Notes: generated from the sequence alone by a model not told the origin. Counted from the first letter of the stretch, positions 49,811 to 60,389 are shown. The stretch: DNA of 64,000 nt from a bacterium (GCA_965261595.1 CBDHDG010000006.1:32001-96000); one strand, 5' to 3'. Numbers and translations are program-made.

Positions 49811-50106
49811 TTACTCGGAGCGTCCCTCCAGCCAATCGCACAGGGCGTCCAGGGCATAGAGATATCCCTTCTCCTTGAAACCCATGATCACCCCGATCGC
49901 GCTCTTCGCGAGGACCGAGCGGCCTCCGCGGGCCTCCAGGTTCTTCATGTGGACCTCCACGCAGGGGATGCCCGTCATCCGCGGGGTCTCCTCGGCGGCC
50001 GGCGAGCTGCGGGTGTGAAACCCCCGGGGTTCATGACGAGACCGTCCCAGCCTTTCAAGAACGCCTCCTGAATCAGGTCGATGCGCCCGCCCTCATGGTT
50101 GGTGTA
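49811..50106 (-). pseudogene. Type II dehydroquinate dehydratase (AroQ-like) remnant
   Basis: TNHEGGRIDLIQ..LVMNPGGF, frameshift, then IPCVEVHMKNLEAR..GVIMGFKEKGYLYAL. The N-terminus is missing. Not in the ORF track. Confidence 0.75.
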
Positions 50107-50307
50107 ACGGACCGAAATTCGTCGGACCGGATCAAAGCGGCGCGGGGTGATTGCGCGAAACGGAATTTACCCTTATAACGTTTCAACAACCTTGAAATTA
50201 TCGGTCGGATTGAAATTCGGAAATCGGCTGTTCGGAGATGCGCGGGCGGTCGGAGGGGCGCCGCGGCGCTTCCGCGCGCGGATGAAACACGACGGGGAGG
50301 GTGGCTC

Positions 50308-51474
50308 ATGATCAAGCGAATTTATGGAATGGCGGTCGGAGCGCTGTTGATCGCGGCGCCGGCCTTTTCCGCCGGGCCCGTCGAGATCGGCATGATCACC
50401 ACGCTCTCGGGCGGCGGCAGCGCCATCGGGATTGACGTCCGGGACGGGTTCATGCTGGCCGTCGACCAGGAGGGCGGAAAGCTCGGCGGCCATCGGGTCA
50501 AGGTGCTGATCGAGGACTCCGCCCGCAAGCCGGGCAGGGGCAAGCAGATCTCCGACCGCTTCGTGAAGCGCGACAAGGTCGACATCATGACCGGGATCAT
50601 CTGGTCCAACATCGCCATCGCCGTCGTCCCGAAAGTCGTGCGCAAGGGAATCTTCTACATCAGCCCCAACGCCGGCCCGTCCTATCTCGCGGGGAAGAAT
50701 TGCCACAAGAATTACTTCAACGCCTCCTGGCAGAACGACAACCTGCCCGAGGCCATGGGGCAGTATCTTCAAAAGAAAGGGCTCAAGCGGATCTATCTCA
50801 TCTCGGTCAACTACCCGGCGGGCAAGGATATGCTGAAGGGGTTCCGCCGATTCTACAAGGGCCAGCCGGTGGCCGAGGTGTACGCCAAGTTGGGACAGAA
50901 AGACTACGCGGCGGAAATCGCGGCCGTCCGCAACGCCAACCCGGAAGCGGTGTTCTTCTTCCTGCCGGGCGGGATGGGGATCAGCTTCCTCAAACAGTGG
51001 GGCCAGGCGGGGCTCACGGGAAAGATCGCCCTGTACGGGCCGGGGTTCTCCTTCGACCAGACCATCCTCAAGGCCGCCGGCAAGGCCGCGCTGGGGGTGG
51101 TCAACTCCACCCAGTGGAACAAGGACCTCCCCAACGCGGCGAACAGGCGCTTCGTCGCCGATTTCAAAAAGAAGTTCGGGCGTCTGCCTTCGCTCTTCGC
51201 CAGCCAGGGGTATGACACCGCGCGGCTGATCGCAAGCGCCATCCGGGCCGTCGGCGGGGACATGTCCAGGAAGAACGACTTCCGCGAGGCGCTCCGCAAA
51301 GCCGACTTCGAGGCGGTCCGGGGCAACTTCAAGTTTTCCGACAACCATCACCCGATCCACGACATCTATATCCGGGTGGTGGTGGAAGAGAACGGCGTCG
51401 TCACGAACAAAACCATCGGCAAGGCAATGGCCATGCGCTCCAACGCTTACATCGATCAATGCAAAATGAAGTAG
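50308..51474 (+). CDS. Branched-chain-type (HAAT) ABC substrate-binding protein
   Basis: IGMITTLSG, TGIIWSN, SPNAGPS, QGYDTA. Confidence 0.92.
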   Translation: MIKRIYGMAVGALLIAAPAFSAGPVEIGMITTLSGGGSAIGIDVRDGFMLAVDQEGGKLGGHRVKVLIEDSARKPGRGKQISDRFVKRDKVDIMTGIIWSNIAIAVVPKVVRKGIFYISPNAGPSYLAGKNCHKNYFNASWQNDNLPEAMGQYLQKKGLKRIYLISVNYPAGKDMLKGFRRFYKGQPVAEVYAKLGQKDYAAEIAAVRNANPEAVFFFLPGGMGISFLKQWGQAGLTGKIALYGPGFSFDQTILKAAGKAALGVVNSTQWNKDLPNAANRRFVADFKKKFGRLPSLFASQGYDTARLIASAIRAVGGDMSRKNDFREALRKADFEAVRGNFKFSDNHHPIHDIYIRVVVEENGVVTNKTIGKAMAMRSNAYIDQCKMK

Positions 51475-51483
51475 GCGGAAAAG

Positions 51484-51520
51484 GGGCGGCGGGGGTTAAC
51501 GTCCCCGCCGCCTTTTTTTT
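51484..51520 (+). terminator. Intrinsic terminator / RNA-stabilising hairpin after the SBP gene
   Basis: GGCGGCGGGG...CCCCGCCGCC followed by a T run. Confidence 0.7.
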
Positions 51521-51544
51521 GACCCGCTTCGGCGGACGCGGCCG

Positions 51545-52465
51545 ATGAGCTCCCTGCTGGTCCTGGAACAGGTCCTGAACGGTCTTCAGTTCGGGGTGAT
51601 GCTGTTTCTGATGGCGGCCGGGCTGACGCTGGTGTTCGGGATCATGGATCTCCTGAACCTGGCGCACGGCTCCCTTTACATGGTGGGGGCCTATCTGGCC
51701 GCTACGGTCTTTCAGGCCACCGGGTCGTTCCTTCTGGGCCTTGTGGTGGCGCTTCCCGGCACGGCCCTGGTCGGGATGGCGGTGGAAGTCCTTACGCTGC
51801 GCACCCTGTACAGCCGCGATCATCTCGACCAGGTGCTCGTGACCTTCGGCCTCATCCTCTTCTTCAACGAGCTGACGAAGATCGTCTGGGGGCCCCAGGC
51901 CTTGTTTCTCGATGTGCCCGACGCCCTGTCGGGCACCGTGGAGATCCTCCCCGGGGCGCCGTATCCGGCGTTCCGGCTGGCGATCATCGGGGTGGGAATC
52001 GGGGTCGCGGCGGGGCTTTATTTCCTGATCACCAAGACCCGGCTCGGCATGCTGATCCGCGCCAGCGCGACCCATCGGGAGATCGTCGGCGCGATGGGGA
52101 TCAACGTAGGGCGGCTCTACACGCTGGTCTTCGGCCTGGGCGCCATGCTGGCCGGTCTGGCGGGCGTGATGGCCGGGCCCATCTACGCCGTGGAAGTCGG
52201 GATGGGCGAAGACATCCTGATCCTGACCTTCGTCGTCATCGTCATCGGCGGGATCGGCTCGATCCGCGGGGCCTTGCTGGGGGCGGTTCTCGTCGGTCTG
52301 ATCGACACGCTGGGCCGCGCCTTCCTCCCTACGATTCTGAAGCTCTTCACCGACGCGGCCACGGCCGACGGGGTGGGGGCGTCCCTCGCCTCGATGCTGA
52401 TCTACATTCTGATGGCCCTCGTGCTGGCGTGGAAACCCCGGGGGTTGCTCCCGGCCCATGCGTAA
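51545..52465 (+). CDS. HAAT ABC permease (LivH-like)
   Basis: GLTLVFGIMDLLNLAHG, GGIGSIRGA. Confidence 0.93.
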   Translation: MSSLLVLEQVLNGLQFGVMLFLMAAGLTLVFGIMDLLNLAHGSLYMVGAYLAATVFQATGSFLLGLVVALPGTALVGMAVEVLTLRTLYSRDHLDQVLVTFGLILFFNELTKIVWGPQALFLDVPDALSGTVEILPGAPYPAFRLAIIGVGIGVAAGLYFLITKTRLGMLIRASATHREIVGAMGINVGRLYTLVFGLGAMLAGLAGVMAGPIYAVEVGMGEDILILTFVVIVIGGIGSIRGALLGAVLVGLIDTLGRAFLPTILKLFTDAATADGVGASLASMLIYILMALVLAWKPRGLLPAHA

Positions 52466-53456
52466 GCTCCAACCCACGCTGAAGACATGGGTCCTCCTCG
52501 GCGGTCTGGTTTTCCTGGCGGGGCTGCCGCCCGCGGCCTCCTCGATGGACCAGCCTTTCTTGATCAGCCTCTTCAGCCGAATCCTGATCTACGCCCTGGT
52601 CGCGCTGAGCCTGGACCTGATCCTCGGGTTCGGCGGCATGGTGAGCCTCGGGCACGCGGCCTTTTTCGGCGCCGGCGCTTACGTCGTCGCCATCCTCGCC
52701 TTCCACGGCGCGGAGGGATCGGCCTTGTTCGGGTTGCCCATCGGGATCACCGGCACAGAAAGCGCGATCATTTCCTGGCCGGCGGCCATCGGGGTCTCGG
52801 CGGCCCTGGCCTTCGTCATCGGGGCCATCAGCCTGCGGACGAGCGGCGTCTACTTCATCATGATCACCCTGGCCTTCGCCCAAATGATGTATTTCTTCTT
52901 TATTTCACTCGAAAAATACGGCGGGGACGACGGATTGAGCATGGTCCGGCGGAACGACTTCGTGGGGCTCGATCTGTCCGATGACGCCGCGTTCTACTAT
53001 GTCTGTCTCGGCCTGCTCCTGTTGTCCTTTGCCTTCAGCCGCCGATTGGTGAAGTCCCGGTTCGGGATGGTCATCCGCGGCTGCAAGGAGAATGAACGGC
53101 GGATGCGCGCCCTCGGGTTTCCCGTCTACCGGTACAAGCTGGCCTGTTTCGTGATCGCCGGCGCCCTGGCCGGACTGGCCGGGGGCCTGATCGCGAACCA
53201 GACCGAGTTTGTCAGCCCGAACCTGATGCACTGGACCGTTTCCGGGGAAATCATGATCATGGTGATCCTGGGGGGGATGGGCACGCTGTTCGGTCCCATT
53301 TTCGGCGCCGCCGCGTATCTTCTGCTCGAAGAAGCGCTGTCCATCTACACCGAGCACTGGATGCTCTTTCTCGGACCCGCCCTGATCGCGGTCGTCCTGT
53401 TCGCCCGGCGGGGTCTCGCCGGCTGGCTCGAGGAGCGGGAGAACCGAGATGCCTGA
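52458..53456 (+). CDS. HAAT ABC permease (LivM-like)
   Basis: SLGHAAFFG, GVYFIMITLAFAQM, LGGMGTLFGP. Confidence 0.93.
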   Translation: MRKLQPTLKTWVLLGGLVFLAGLPPAASSMDQPFLISLFSRILIYALVALSLDLILGFGGMVSLGHAAFFGAGAYVVAILAFHGAEGSALFGLPIGITGTESAIISWPAAIGVSAALAFVIGAISLRTSGVYFIMITLAFAQMMYFFFISLEKYGGDDGLSMVRRNDFVGLDLSDDAAFYYVCLGLLLLSFAFSRRLVKSRFGMVIRGCKENERRMRALGFPVYRYKLACFVIAGALAGLAGGLIANQTEFVSPNLMHWTVSGEIMIMVILGGMGTLFGPIFGAAAYLLLEEALSIYTEHWMLFLGPALIAVVLFARRGLAGWLEERENRDA

Positions 53457-54198
53457 GCCTTTGCTTCTCACCGAAGGGATGACCAAGGCCTTCGGCGCGC
53501 TCCGGGCGACGGACGGGTTGTCCCTCGCCGTCCTGCCCGGCGAGATCCACGCCGTCATCGGTCCCAACGGCGCGGGCAAGACAACGGCCATCGCCCAAAT
53601 CTCCGGCGAGCTCATCCCGGATTCGGGCGCCGTCCGTTTCCAGGGCCGGGACATCACGGGCCTTCCCGTCCACGCCCGCTCCCATCTGGGTCTCGCCCGG
53701 TCTTTCCAGATCACCTCGCTTTTCCTCGGCTTCACGGCGGAGGACAACGTGGCGATGGCCCTCCAGGCGCACGACGGACATTCCTTCCGGTTCTGGCGTG
53801 ACGCCCGGACCGATCCACGCCTGCGGGGCCCGGCCCGGGAGGTCCTCGACCGCATGGGCTTGGGGGCCAGGGCCGCCGTCCCCGCCGCAAACCTCGCCCA
53901 CGGAGAGCAGCGTCAGCTGGAGCTCGCGGTGGCGCTGGCCACGGAGCCGTCCCTCCTCCTGTTGGATGAGCCGATGGCGGGCATGGGTCCGGAAGATTCG
54001 GTCCGGATGGTGGAATTGCTGAAGACCCTCAAGGGAAAGGTGACGATCCTTCTGGTCGAGCATGACATGGACGCCGTGTTCGCGCTGGCGGATCGCGTCA
54101 CGGTCCTGGTGTACGGCAAGGCGATCGCCACGGGCGCGCCCGAGGAGATCCGCGCCGACCCCCACGTGCTCCAGGCCTATCTCGGCGAGGAGGCGTGA
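53449..54198 (+). CDS. HAAT ABC ATPase (LivG-like)
   Basis: GPNGAGKTT, LLDEPMAG, VEHDM, AYLG. Confidence 0.93.
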   Translation: MPEPLLLTEGMTKAFGALRATDGLSLAVLPGEIHAVIGPNGAGKTTAIAQISGELIPDSGAVRFQGRDITGLPVHARSHLGLARSFQITSLFLGFTAEDNVAMALQAHDGHSFRFWRDARTDPRLRGPAREVLDRMGLGARAAVPAANLAHGEQRQLELAVALATEPSLLLLDEPMAGMGPEDSVRMVELLKTLKGKVTILLVEHDMDAVFALADRVTVLVYGKAIATGAPEEIRADPHVLQAYLGEEA

Positions 54199-54899
54199 TG
54201 CTTCAGATCTCGGACATCGAAACCTTCTACGGCCGAAGCCGGGTTCTGTTCGGCGTCAGCTTCGAGGTCGGCCCGGGCGAGGTGGTGACCCTGATGGGCC
54301 GGAACGGGATGGGAAAGACGACGACGGTGCGCTCCATCATGGGCCTGACACCGCCGAGGTCCGGCCGGATCCGCTTCGAGGGGGTGGAGATTCAAAACCG
54401 GCCCAGCCATGAGGTGGCGCGCGCGGGCCTGGCGCTGGTCCCCGAGGGCCGGCAGGTGTTCCCGACCCTGACCGTCCGGGAAAACCTGATCGCCACGGCG
54501 GCCAACCGGTCCAGCGCGGAAAATCCCTGGACGGTCGAGCGCGTCTTCGAGATGTTTCCCATGCTGGAAGAGCGGCGAAATTCCATGGGAAGAACCTTGT
54601 CGGGCGGGGAACAGCAGATGCTCGCGATCGGGCGGGCGTTGATGCTCAATTCGAAGGTCCTCATCCTGGACGACGCGACGGAGGGGCTCGCGCCGCTGAT
54701 CCGCGCGGAGATCTGGCGGTGCCTGGAGCGCCTCAAAGAGGCCGGGCAGTCAATCCTGGTCATCGACAGAAGCCTCGATGCCCTGACGCGCATCGCCGAC
54801 CGGCATTACATCATGGAGAAGGGGAAGGTGGTCTGGTCCGGGGATTCGGCCGCCCTCGCCGCCCAACAGGAGTTGCGGCTCCGGTACCTGGGCGTCTAG
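54195..54899 (+). CDS. HAAT ABC ATPase (LivF-like)
   Basis: GRNGMGKTT, LSGGEQQM, ILDDATEGLAP. Confidence 0.92.
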   Translation: MMLQISDIETFYGRSRVLFGVSFEVGPGEVVTLMGRNGMGKTTTVRSIMGLTPPRSGRIRFEGVEIQNRPSHEVARAGLALVPEGRQVFPTLTVRENLIATAANRSSAENPWTVERVFEMFPMLEERRNSMGRTLSGGEQQMLAIGRALMLNSKVLILDDATEGLAPLIRAEIWRCLERLKEAGQSILVIDRSLDALTRIADRHYIMEKGKVVWSGDSAALAAQQELRLRYLGV

Positions 54900-55159
54900 T
54901 CCGCTTTGTCCACGGAGAACTGCGTGAGCTGTAGCGCCTCCTTAACGGTTTTTCCCGTAGCAAGGGACAAACCACCCCCCTGGTGGTCTGTCCATATGAA
55001 CGAGCAAAAATGACGCCTAAAGCGTCCCCATTTTGAGGATTTTTTAAATAAAAAGCATTAAATACAATAGGCTAGATATAATTTCGCGATTGATTCATCC
55101 GAGGGAAAACCCGTCGGCGGGAAATGTGGGGGACGCGGCGATGACGAAGTTGGGGGCCC

Positions 55160-55945
55160 ATGGTGATTAAGCGAATCGCCGTCGTTGCGGCCGCGGCGTT
55201 TTTGCTCTGGGCGGGGGTTGAACCGGCCCGGGCGTATTTTTCAGACAGTTGGACAGAGGGGTACGGACTGCTTCTTCGCCGGTATGTGAGTCCCGGATCG
55301 CGAAACGGCGTCACCTGCAATCTGGTGGATTACGAGGGACTGCGCGAGGACCGCCGATTCATGAAGCTCCGTAGAGGATTGGCCCGGCTGCCCTCTTTTT
55401 CAACGCTTCCCGAGCGGAAGCGCCTGGCCTTGTGGCTCAATATTTATAATTTCCTCGTGCTTTCATTGGTCGTGGATCACCCCGGGTTGAAGAACCTGCT
55501 GGAAATCCGGAAGGGAACAACATCCGTCTGGCATCTGGCCGCAGGAGAGGTGGCGGGAAAAACCCATTCGTTACATGGGATCGATCGCGTGATTCTGCGG
55601 AACAAGTTCAAGGATCCGCGCGTTCATTTCGCACTCACCAAAGGGATGGTGAGCTCGCCAGACCTGAGACCGGAGCCTTATCAAGCGGACAAGCTGGATG
55701 ACCAGCTCAGAGAACAGGTGAAGTCCTTTTTCAGCAACTCCGGGAAGGGAAAGCGCATCGAGCGCGCCGCGACCGGAGGCGTCCTCCACATCTCGACCTT
55801 CTTCGACTGGTTCAAACGCGACTTCGGGAACGACCCGAGGACATGGCTGTTGAACCGTCAACTCATTACCCCCGATGACGCCCGTCTTCCCCTGCGATTC
55901 CTGACGTTCGACTTCACCTTGAACGCCCAGCCGGACCGGAACTGA
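55160..55945 (+). CDS. DUF547-family exported protein
   Basis: Signal peptide, VDYEGL, LALWLNIYN, DPRVHFAL, STFFDWFKRDF, FDFTLN. Confidence 0.85.
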   Translation: MVIKRIAVVAAAAFLLWAGVEPARAYFSDSWTEGYGLLLRRYVSPGSRNGVTCNLVDYEGLREDRRFMKLRRGLARLPSFSTLPERKRLALWLNIYNFLVLSLVVDHPGLKNLLEIRKGTTSVWHLAAGEVAGKTHSLHGIDRVILRNKFKDPRVHFALTKGMVSSPDLRPEPYQADKLDDQLREQVKSFFSNSGKGKRIERAATGGVLHISTFFDWFKRDFGNDPRTWLLNRQLITPDDARLPLRFLTFDFTLNAQPDRN

Positions 55946-55995
55946 GCCGCCCGTCACCCTCCCCTCCACACGCTTTGACTTCGCGCGAGATTTCC

Positions 55996-56193
55996 AGGGC
56001 GAACTTGTACAAATGCATTGACTGCGTAGTGATGCATGAGCTCTGCCACCTTAAGTGCCCCGACCACAGTCTTAGATTCCGCCAACTATTTTCTCAGTGT
56101 ATGCCCGATTGGAAGCTTTACCAAGCGAGATTGCGGACACGAGGTACAACTCCTGTAATCGGAGAGGGAGTTGGCTTATTCTGGGACAAATAG
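55996..56193 (+). pseudogene. C-terminal fragment of a YgjP/M48-like zinc metallopeptidase
   Basis: IDCVVMHELCHL..DHS..F....MPDWK; no N-terminus. Confidence 0.7.
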
Positions 56194-56243
56194 TCTCAGA
56201 ATCGTATGCTAGAGGGCAAATATTTCGCCGTGGATTTTCAACA

Positions 56244-56953
56244 ATGGCAACCATCGACATCCTGAATTCAGACGGTTATCTAACCATTCCACTCTATCAC
56301 GGTACGAGCACGATCTTTTGGGATTCTATCAAGACCCATGGAGTAGGCGGACGGAACATGATCAAAGAATGGCAGGTACTGGATTTATTCGCTATCGCAA
56401 AAAACATGTGATGAGGCTACCTCCAGGGTCCAAAGCATTGGAATCGGTTGCACTTCAGATTGGGATGTACGAACACATGGAAAAGCAACAGGTAAATCGT
56501 TTTAATTGGCGGCACGGGTCGGCATTTTTAGCAGCAAACATAAGGCGTGCGGTCTCTTACGGAACGAAGAGCTATGGATCAGAATTGATAAGGGAAACTT
56601 TCACTTTGCTCGATCTGTTGGACGAGGAAACACCTGGTCGATCGGAGGACCTCCTCGAGAACTATCCTGAGGTGGCGGAATTGCGCCCGATTTCGTCGTG
56701 TCCACTTCTGATCAGGCTGGATCGCGTCCCTGTGTCGGAGTTGAAAGACGAACATGGTGGGGATCCCAACGGAATGATCGAATGGGCAAGTTCCATAGAT
56801 TCGGAGATTTTTCGGCCTTTTAGCCAAGCCTTGAACTTCGAGTTGGTGACGCCAGTACCGTCGATTCGCCTGTGCGCCTTCCGGGTCGTCAATTGTACCA
56901 ATGAATACTTCGACGGCGCACCGGAGGAATTCGAATTAGATCCGATTGATTGA
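56244..56953 (+). CDS. AT-rich hypothetical protein, possible ADP-ribosyltransferase-like fold (frameshift at A run near 56400)
   Basis: PLYHGTS..SIKTHG in frame 56097 joins ORF 56318-56953 (AFLA...AVSYG). Confidence 0.55.
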
Positions 56954-56987
56954 GATGCCGCAGCCTCTCAGCACACAAGCTACGCCC

Positions 56988-57734
56988 TTACGGCCCGGGC
57001 GGCGGCGCACGGCGCTTGACGAGCTTTTCGAACGCGTTCAACCGGGCCGGGTCCAGGCCCTCGATCTTCCGGATTTTTTCGAGAAAACCGTCAGCGTCCC
57101 GGTGGGCCATTCGGCTCAAATCGGGCGCGATGCGGTAGGCCCCCGTCAGCTTGTCCTCGAAAGCCTTCCGAACCAGCGGCGCGATGATCCGAAACACCCA
57201 GTCCAGGATAACGTTCTCGACGTGCAGATAGGCGCGGATCGCGACGGACCCGGACGGGCCGGATTTTCCCGGAGCGGCCCACGGGAAATCCTCCACCACA
57301 AAGGAACGCGCGCGGACGACGATCCCGAGCCAGGCGAAGGCGGGATTCTCGTAGACGCCCTTCGCCAGATACGCCGCCCGGCCGGGTCGGCGCTCCGCCG
57401 CCCAGAAAACGCCCCGGGCATGCCCGTGGAAGATGCGATAGCGGCCCCTCTCTGGCAGGATGCGGAACCGGTCATGGCCGATCCCCCGGCTGACGGCCGC
57501 CGCGAAATCGGGCTGGTCGATCAGGAACCGGAAGACATCGGGGTCCGCCCGGAAGGTCAGCTTCCGGGCCGCCTGAAAGGTCGGCCGGTCGACAATCGCG
57601 GCGGCCATCTCCCTGTCCCCGGGGGAATACCCCTCAACCGAAGGCGGGATCGCCCTTTCAGCGGCGAAGGCGGATTCGCCCAAGAGAACGAGCGCTCCCA
57701 GGAAGAGAACCGCCGTCCTTTGAATCCATGCCAT
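56988..57734 (-). CDS. Hypothetical exported protein
   Basis: Signal-peptide-like N-terminus MAWIQRTAVLFLG..SAFA; host-like codon usage. Confidence 0.6.
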   Translation of the reverse strand: MAWIQRTAVLFLGALVLLGESAFAAERAIPPSVEGYSPGDREMAAAIVDRPTFQAARKLTFRADPDVFRFLIDQPDFAAAVSRGIGHDRFRILPERGRYRIFHGHARGVFWAAERRPGRAAYLAKGVYENPAFAWLGIVVRARSFVVEDFPWAAPGKSGPSGSVAIRAYLHVENVILDWVFRIIAPLVRKAFEDKLTGAYRIAPDLSRMAHRDADGFLEKIRKIEGLDPARLNAFEKLVKRRAPPPGP

Positions 57735-57995
57735 GGTTTCCGGGCGGATCGTCAAGAGACCCCCTTCACCGATCCGAAAGCGCGCTTCCAACCCCTGGGG
57801 GACTCCACTGTCCCCGGTCGCAGTATCTCCGATAGGGGGGGAGGGTTTCCAGCGGCCGGAAGGTGACCGCACCGGCGTCGGATGAAAAAAATCGATGAGA
57901 CATTCAGTGGGGAATCAATGGATGGAGGATGAGCGTTGATACACGCTCTTGGAACATGGCTTCGGCGGGGTGAAGCCGCGTGAGGGCGCCCATCC

Positions 57996-58727
57996 TTACA
58001 CGCCCAGATAATATTTCTTGACGAGCTCGTGATTGCTGAGCTCCTCGGTGCTTTTTCCCTCGAAGGCGATCTTCCCTTCCACGATGATATAGCCCCGATC
58101 GGCGATCTTGATGGCCTGATTGAAGTTCTGCTCCGCCATGAGGACCGTCAGGTTGTATTCGTCCTTCAGCTCCCGGATCTTGGCGATCACCCGGCTGACG
58201 AGGATGGGGGCCAGGCCCACGGAGGGCTCATCGATGAGGAGGACCTTGGGCGAGGACATGAGCGCCCGGGCGATGGCCAGCATCTGCTGCTCGCCCCCGC
58301 TCATGCTGCCCGCCTGTTGGCCTCGGCGCTCTTCCAGGATGGGGAAGGCCTCGAAGCAGAACCGCTTGTTGGCGTCGAGGCGGCTCCTCGCTTCCGGACG
58401 GTAAGCGCCCAGCTCGAGATTCTCCTCCACGGTCAGCATCGGGAACAGCCGGCGGCCTTCCGGGACCAGGGTGACGCCGAGGCTCACGATCTCCTCGGCG
58501 GGCTTCCCCACCAGGTCGATTCGATCGCCGTCGGACTCGAAATAGATCTCGCCGCTGTCGGGCGGGACCAGCCCCATGATGCACTTGAGCAGCGTGCTCT
58601 TGCCGTTGCCGTTCGTCCCGAGGAGCGCGACGGTTTCCCCGTCCTGAACGTCCACCGAGACGCCGTGGAGGACCTTCACCGCTCCGTACCCGGCCCTCAG
58701 GTTTTTGACGATGATGCTATTCCCCAA
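57996..58727 (-). CDS. HAAT ABC ATPase (LivF-like)
   Basis: GTNGNGKST, MSGGEQQM, IDEPSVGLAP. Confidence 0.93.
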   Translation of the reverse strand: MGNSIIVKNLRAGYGAVKVLHGVSVDVQDGETVALLGTNGNGKSTLLKCIMGLVPPDSGEIYFESDGDRIDLVGKPAEEIVSLGVTLVPEGRRLFPMLTVEENLELGAYRPEARSRLDANKRFCFEAFPILEERRGQQAGSMSGGEQQMLAIARALMSSPKVLLIDEPSVGLAPILVSRVIAKIRELKDEYNLTVLMAEQNFNQAIKIADRGYIIVEGKIAFEGKSTEELSNHELVKKYYLGV

Positions 58728-59448
58728 GATAGGCCCTCTCCACTTCCGGGTTGGCCACGACCTCCTCGGGCGCGCCCTCGGCGATCTTCTTTCCCGCGTC
58801 CAGGACGGCGATCCTTTCCGAGAAGCTCATCACGGCCCGCATGATGTGCTCGATCATGATGATCGTGATGCCGCGCTCGTTGAGGCGGAACAGCATCTCG
58901 ATGATCTCGTCCACCTCCGAGCCCGACAAGCCCGCCATGGCCTCATCCAGGATGAGGAGCTTCGGCTCAGCCGCCAGGGCCCTGGCGAGCTCCAGCTTCC
59001 GCATCTCGATTTGGGTCAGGCCGCCGGGTTTCGCGTCGGCCTTTCCGTCGAGACCGACGAGCCGAAGGATCTCTTCCGCTTCCTTATGGATGTGGAGCCC
59101 GTGGTGGGACTTGTAGTGCGCCGCGTACTCCAGCGGGATGCAGAGGTTCTCCAGGACCGTCATGCTGGTGAACGGCTTTGGAATCTGGAAGCTTCTCACC
59201 AGCCCCATCCGAGCCCGCTTGTAGCCGGCCGTGGTCGTGATGTCCTTTCCGCCGAAGACGACCCTTCCCCCGTCGCACGGCAGGGCGCCGGAGACGGAGT
59301 TGATGAGGGTGGTCTTTCCGGAGCCGTTGGGACCGATCAGGCCGAACCGCTCGCCGGCGTTGACGTGAACACTGACTTCCGTCAGGGCGTGAAACCCGCC
59401 GAAGCGCTTCGACACGCCTTGGATGTCGAGAAGCCGTTCGTCCGCCAT
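58717..59448 (-). CDS. HAAT ABC ATPase (LivG-like)
   Basis: GPNGSGKTT, LDEAMAGL, IEHIM, AYLGE. Confidence 0.93.
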   Translation of the reverse strand: MADERLLDIQGVSKRFGGFHALTEVSVHVNAGERFGLIGPNGSGKTTLINSVSGALPCDGGRVVFGGKDITTTAGYKRARMGLVRSFQIPKPFTSMTVLENLCIPLEYAAHYKSHHGLHIHKEAEEILRLVGLDGKADAKPGGLTQIEMRKLELARALAAEPKLLILDEAMAGLSGSEVDEIIEMLFRLNERGITIIMIEHIMRAVMSFSERIAVLDAGKKIAEGAPEEVVANPEVERAYLGE

Positions 59449-60389
59449 CAGGTCTTCTTCCCGATCACCTTGCGAAAGAGCCCGACGAGCCCCTCGGGGG
59501 CGAGGATGACGAACCCGATCAGGACGACGCCCACGAAGAACAGCGCCCACTCTGATGAGATCGTGACGGTCAGAATCTGCTGCGCGGTCGCCAACAGGAC
59601 CGCCCCGACCACGGGACCCAGCCACGTGGTGGTCCCGCCGATCAACGGCATGGCCAGGCTGTTCACGGCGTAGTCGAGGCTGAAAGCGGAAGTCGGATCC
59701 AGGTACGTGATGTAGTACGGGAACGGGGCGCCGGCCACCCCCATCAGGAACCCGCTCACCGTCGTGGCGAACAGCTTCAGCTTCAGGATCGGCACGCCCA
59801 TGCACTCGGCCGCCTCATCATCATCCCGGATGGCGGCGAGCCCCCTCCCGATCCGGGAGTTCTCGATGAACCAGGCGACGGCCACGGAGAGGACGGCGAG
59901 GACCACCATCAAGGCGAAGAGGAATTCCACATAGTTGCTGAAGAAGGGAACCTCTCTCGGCCGGAGGATGTACATCCCCCTCGCCCCGCCCACAAACTCC
60001 CAATTGTCGACCACGGTCTTCAAGACGATCGCAAGCGCCAGCGTGGCGATGGCGAAGAACACCCCGTGAAGCCTCATCGTCAGATACCCGATCCCCAGCC
60101 CCAGGAGGCCCGAAACAACGCCTCCGCAGAGGATCATGAGGAGGATATTGATCTTGTACGCCTTGAGGAGAGCCACGGCCGTGTAGGCGCCGACGGCGAA
60201 GAAGCCGGCCGTGCCGAAGTTCACATAGCCGGTGTATCCCCCCAGGATGTTCCACGCGGTGGCGAGGACGATGTACTGGAGGACGACGTAGGAGGCGAAA
60301 TAGTAATACTGGTTCTGCATGATGCCGGTCAGAATGAAGCCCGCGGCGATGATGGCGGCCGCCGTCAACAAGAGCCATTTGTTTCTCAA
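59448..60389 (-). CDS. HAAT ABC permease (LivM-like)
   Basis: WNILGGYTGYVNFG, GVFFAIATLA, AIRDDDEAA. Confidence 0.93.
   Translation of the reverse strand: MRNKWLLLTAAAIIAAGFILTGIMQNQYYYFASYVVLQYIVLATAWNILGGYTGYVNFGTAGFFAVGAYTAVALLKAYKINILLMILCGGVVSGLLGLGIGYLTMRLHGVFFAIATLALAIVLKTVVDNWEFVGGARGMYILRPREVPFFSNYVEFLFALMVVLAVLSVAVAWFIENSRIGRGLAAIRDDDEAAECMGVPILKLKLFATTVSGFLMGVAGAPFPYYITYLDPTSAFSLDYAVNSLAMPLIGGTTTWLGPVVGAVLLATAQQILTVTISSEWALFFVGVVLIGFVILAPEGLVGLFRKVIGKKT

Noticed and set aside
54655..54685. Walker B LDDA in place of LDEA in the LivF-like ATPase
   Set aside because: A single-base difference in an error-prone sequence; other motifs are normal.
865..54899. Genome-wide TAG reassignment
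   Set aside because: TAG ends many genes at their expected C-termini (10176, 20853, 32228, 46937, 51474, 54899).
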